A DNA stretch of 64,000 nucleotides, from NCBI GenBank assembly GCA_965113315.1, contig OZ220363.1; one strand, written 5' to 3'. Source of the DNA: Podarcis vaucheri. Its lineage: Eukaryota. Below are positions 60,401-64,000 of this stretch, piece after piece; the stretch's first letter is position 1, and each line of letters starts with the position of its first letter. Below the pieces are notes generated by a model that was not told the DNA's origin, did no database searches, and worked only from the letters and a program-made list of their open reading frames with translations. The translations under genes were made by a program, and so were the position numbers.

Positions 60401-63400
60401 TGGAGTTCTTTACTTAAGGAGCATGGTTTCTATTACCAAGTATGTTAGGTCAATTTTTTAAAGAATAAAAACCCTTCCTGTCTCTGATGCTGCTTAAATC
60501 ACCTGTGACAACCCTTTCTGATTAAGTTTCTAGGAATTCAGGTACAGTACCTGCAAAGGAATCTATTGCATCGCCATCTAGGGAAGTATCTCCTTTCTGT
60601 GTCAAAGTCTCTGCTTCCACATCGGTGGTCTTAGCTAGCTGCTCCTCTACCGTTTTCCTCTCTGTGACAAACACCCCATCCGATATATTTGCTGGTGCAT
60701 TCTTTTCCAGGCAAGCAGGACTAGCCTCTGCTATCCAGTACAGCAGTTCACTGCCAGCAGCAATGGGACAGCATACTCGGATGTGGAGCTCCGCACTGAT
60801 CCATACTAATGCCACATTTGCCTCATCTTTATCCTGGCTTTGCTTCACCAAGCTGTAAAACACATGCCAAGCATCAGTATCCAATATGGGCTTTGTCCGA
60901 AGCACAGGGGCATGACAAGGCTCTAGACAGGCAGTGCAGGTGGGTGTTATGCGAGACTTAAGGGGGCCTCAGTCAGGTCTATCAACTACTATGTCTATAG
61001 ATCCTGATGGTATTTTTGAGCAGACTCCTAGGAAAAGTCAATTCAGAATACTTTTTCTGAAGTTACCTTTTGTTGAGACAGATTTTTTAGTCCATCTAAC
61101 TCAGGATTGTTCACATACACTGACTGGTAGTAGTTCTCCAGAGTTTTAGGCAGGGATCCTCCTTGGAGGTGCGGTGATTGAACCTTTAAACTTTCCTGAA
61201 AGCAGTTTATGAAACCATACAGGTAACAAAACACCTAGTTCAAACAAAATGGATTCTTGATAGTGGCCATGCAAGAGTACTGATTAAGGGTACAAAAGAC
61301 TTGTGGCTGCTTCAACGTTTGTTATATTTAAAGTCACATATAGGACGTTTCATCAGCACAAAATTGCTGGCTCATGACTGATTGGTTAAATTGCCCTCTC
61401 CAAAGGCTAAATGAATATATTTAGCTTTACCATCCTATTTTTAAGGGAGATGAATAATTATTTAAGAGATCTTTGTTAAACTGGATAAAAATTTATTGCT
61501 AGCTGCAAAATATTGAGTTGTATTCAGTTAAGTCCAGGCAGAATAGAGCCAGTGAAATTAATGAGCCCAAGTGAGTCAAGTAAACAGGTCTACTCAAAAT
61601 AGGACTAGCACCGAATATCACTTACTGATTTTATTTATGTTTTTAAGGGTGGAATTCATCATAGAGATATTACAATCCTATCAGCAAAGGCATTTCAGTT
61701 GCTGGACAGAACAATCTCCCCTCTCCTTCCCCTGAACACTCTTCTGGGGATTCTGGCATGAGAATTTGGCATGAGAGAAGGGAGGAAGTTCCAGTGCACT
61801 GGCTCCTATTAGAACACCTGCTTAGTTGAATATGTCCCAGTTTTTCTTCTCAATTTTTATGAATTTAAGTTTTTTTTCTATGTAAATGGAGTTCATTTTT
61901 AAAAAAGCTGTAATCCACTTAGTTTCCTTTCCAGAGGAAAGCATGGAATGCATGTATCATAATTATTGATAAGCGGCAACTTAGATGGATTAACACAGAG
62001 GTTTTTTGACAATACAGCCTAAGAGACCAATAAGCCTGACATTTCAGCTCGCCCGAGAATTCTCTAAGGAAAATTTGACCATCCTTCAGGGAGGGTTCAT
62101 GTTTCTGATTCTGCTCCAAGAAAACACAAAGCATATACTTGTTTATTTTGCATAAATGTATTACATTTGTAATATTTCTTTGCCAATATTTTAAAGGAAG
62201 TTGAACAGGATGGGAAGAAAAGTGAGATCCTGGTTATGGGCAGGGAGTACCAGTGAGGAAGAGAAAAAAGGAAACCACAAAAGGAACTGAAACTTACAGT
62301 GCACTCTATATATCAGGAGTAGCCAACATTGTACTGGGTAGGTGCTGCTGGACTCTAATGCCTACCATCCCTGATCTGGGGGGAGTTGCAGTCCAATTTT
62401 GGGAGGGATTATTCCTTTGCTTTTAGATCAGGGGTGGGGAACCTCCAGGCTGAAGACCAGATTTTGACTGCCAAGGGTTCCAGTTTGGCCCAGAAGGCAG
62501 TTCTCCCCAAATTACACCCACCTGCCCCATGACATCATATGTGGGGCAGGTAGAGACACAGACACCAATGCACACTGGGAGCCTTAAAGTGCATTCCTGA
62601 CTGTGCATTGGTTAGGGAAAGCAGGCTTCAGCTCTACTGCCCAGATAGGTGAGAGCCAATGCTTCCCCTAGAGTTCCCTACAAGGAACTTGTTCATGCAG
62701 CTGATGCCTGCAAAAAGTAGGATTCAGCTCTCCTGCCCATCAGCTGACTGGTGGAAGAATGGAAGCCTGCTTGTTGCAGGAATCAGCTGCCTGCTGCATT
62801 GCCGTGGGGGGCTTATAGAGCTGCTTGCAAGCCCCGCACAGCAATCCAATTTCTGCTTTCCTGCCTATCAGAACCACATTACCGCTTCTGTGACACAAGA
62901 TAACCCAAGGAGAAAGGACAGTGACTCTGCTGAGTTTCTTCCTCATTCTGTTGGTTGACCTGCCTGCCTACCCTGTAGCTGATTTCCTTCAACATTAGGG
63001 AAAAGTTGCAAGATGAGAAGAAAGACAGCAGAGGAGCTGCTCAGCTCCTAGGGGTGACAGAGGAAAAGAGCAGAGCTAGTTGTTATTAAACAGGCCAGTT
63101 TCTACATATGCAGCAAAAACATTTATTGATCACACATTTATCACCCATTCTTCAGTGGCTAACATACCAGAACCTATATATCCTCTCACAATATCACCAG
63201 TTACTTTTGGATTTACAGAGGCATACAGAGTCATCTGTATTCCAGGATCATATCTGATTTTGGCTCACTTGACTACAAGTTGGTCCCAGCCATGGAGCAA
63301 AATTTATCATCTCACTGCTCTGTTATATGTCTGGATTGATTTTTGAGATGTGTGAGAATAAAGTCCTTCACATCATCATATGCTGAAAATTCATCTGGCT

Positions 63401-63841
63401 GCTTGAAGAAACCATCAAGTGATCATTGCACTACAGTTTGTGATAACAAACACTGAGCTTGTGGTGCAGCTACAAGCTTTTCAACAGAAATGGTCCCATG
63501 CTGGTTGCCGGAAAAATGTTAAGTGCTGTTGGTGAGATAAATACTAAAGTCTGATTCTCACAACTTACATATTTTTCAGCCTGACTCAAGCAGGATTGAC
63601 AGTAAAACATCTATGTGGTTTACACACAAGTTAAAAAACAGTTTGCGTTAATTGACCCTAACTTGTTCATTATGGTTTGAATGATCATAGCCAACAAACC
63701 ACTTCATTAGATGTATGAATTTTGCTGAGAAAGTTGTAAAGCAGAACACAAGTTACCCACATAGTTTTGCTGCTCTCACCTTTTCCAGCTTGCTATCCTG
63801 TTGCAAGCAGAAGCCTCTTTCCAGCAAGCTGGTGGAAGTTC
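57420..63841 (-). CDS. ZNF408: Zinc finger protein 408 (PRDM17), 3' exons; 5' exons lie outside the window
   Basis: Exons 63841-63780 (62 nt, [20 protein letters not shown]), 60852-60551 (PR/SET-like [17 protein letters not shown]...GSELLYW), probably 59967-59881, and 59125-57420. The last exon has ten C2H2 fingers ([19 protein letters not shown] ... [13 protein letters not shown]) and the characteristic C-terminus [10 protein letters not shown]. Synteny with F2 agrees. Confidence 0.95.
59881..59967 (-). CDS. ZNF408: Candidate 87-nt in-frame exon of ZNF408 ([29 protein letters not shown])
   Basis: tattttattgcag acceptor, G/gtatgt donor, phase 1-1 matching the flanking exons, no stop codon. 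Confidence 0.6.
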
Positions 63842-64000
63842 CTGAAACGTGAGAGTAAGGGGAGTCCCAGTTAGAGAGGTATTTTAATTCCCACAGGCAG
63901 ATCTTAAGCCCAGAACTAATGGGCTAGCTGTCCTTTTCACCTGAGGGTCAATTCAACAATCAAGCTGGCATATTAAGAATGAGTGTGGTGGCCTATGCCC

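Noticed and set aside
62030-62110. [12 protein letters not shown]... segment as the upstream ZNF408 exon
   Set aside because: It has no phase-2 GT donor; the 62-nt exon at 63841-63780 fits in phase, size and sequence.

Overview
Vertebrate genomic DNA. The repeat content (L2, CR1, Penelope-like, hAT and Tc1/mariner MITEs, tRNA-derived SINEs) points to a squamate, probably a lacertid lizard; this is an inference. Three spliced genes lie in the same order and orientation as human 11p11.2. CKAP5/ch-TOG (+ strand) is present as its last 28 constitutive coding exons (101-30556). Prothrombin F2 (- strand) is complete, with 14 exons (52169-33778, 613 aa). ZNF408 (- strand) is present as its 3' part (63841-57420). 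I read the exons by hand from GT/AG boundaries and reading-frame continuity. One CKAP5 intron hosts the U6-C60 guide snoRNA SNORD67. The most interesting extras are: three frame-preserving candidate cassette exons in CKAP5 (69 nt, a 24-nt microexon, and a 126-nt His-rich exon); an extra 87-nt exon in ZNF408; a young hAT element that appears to carry a captured CpG-island/polyQ first-exon fragment; a Penelope-type palindrome with a minimal hammerhead-ribozyme motif on each strand; an unexplained 66-bp hairpin; and a solo LTR nested in an L2 tail. I saw no prokaryotic-type system. All novelty claims are unverified because no database searches were possible.
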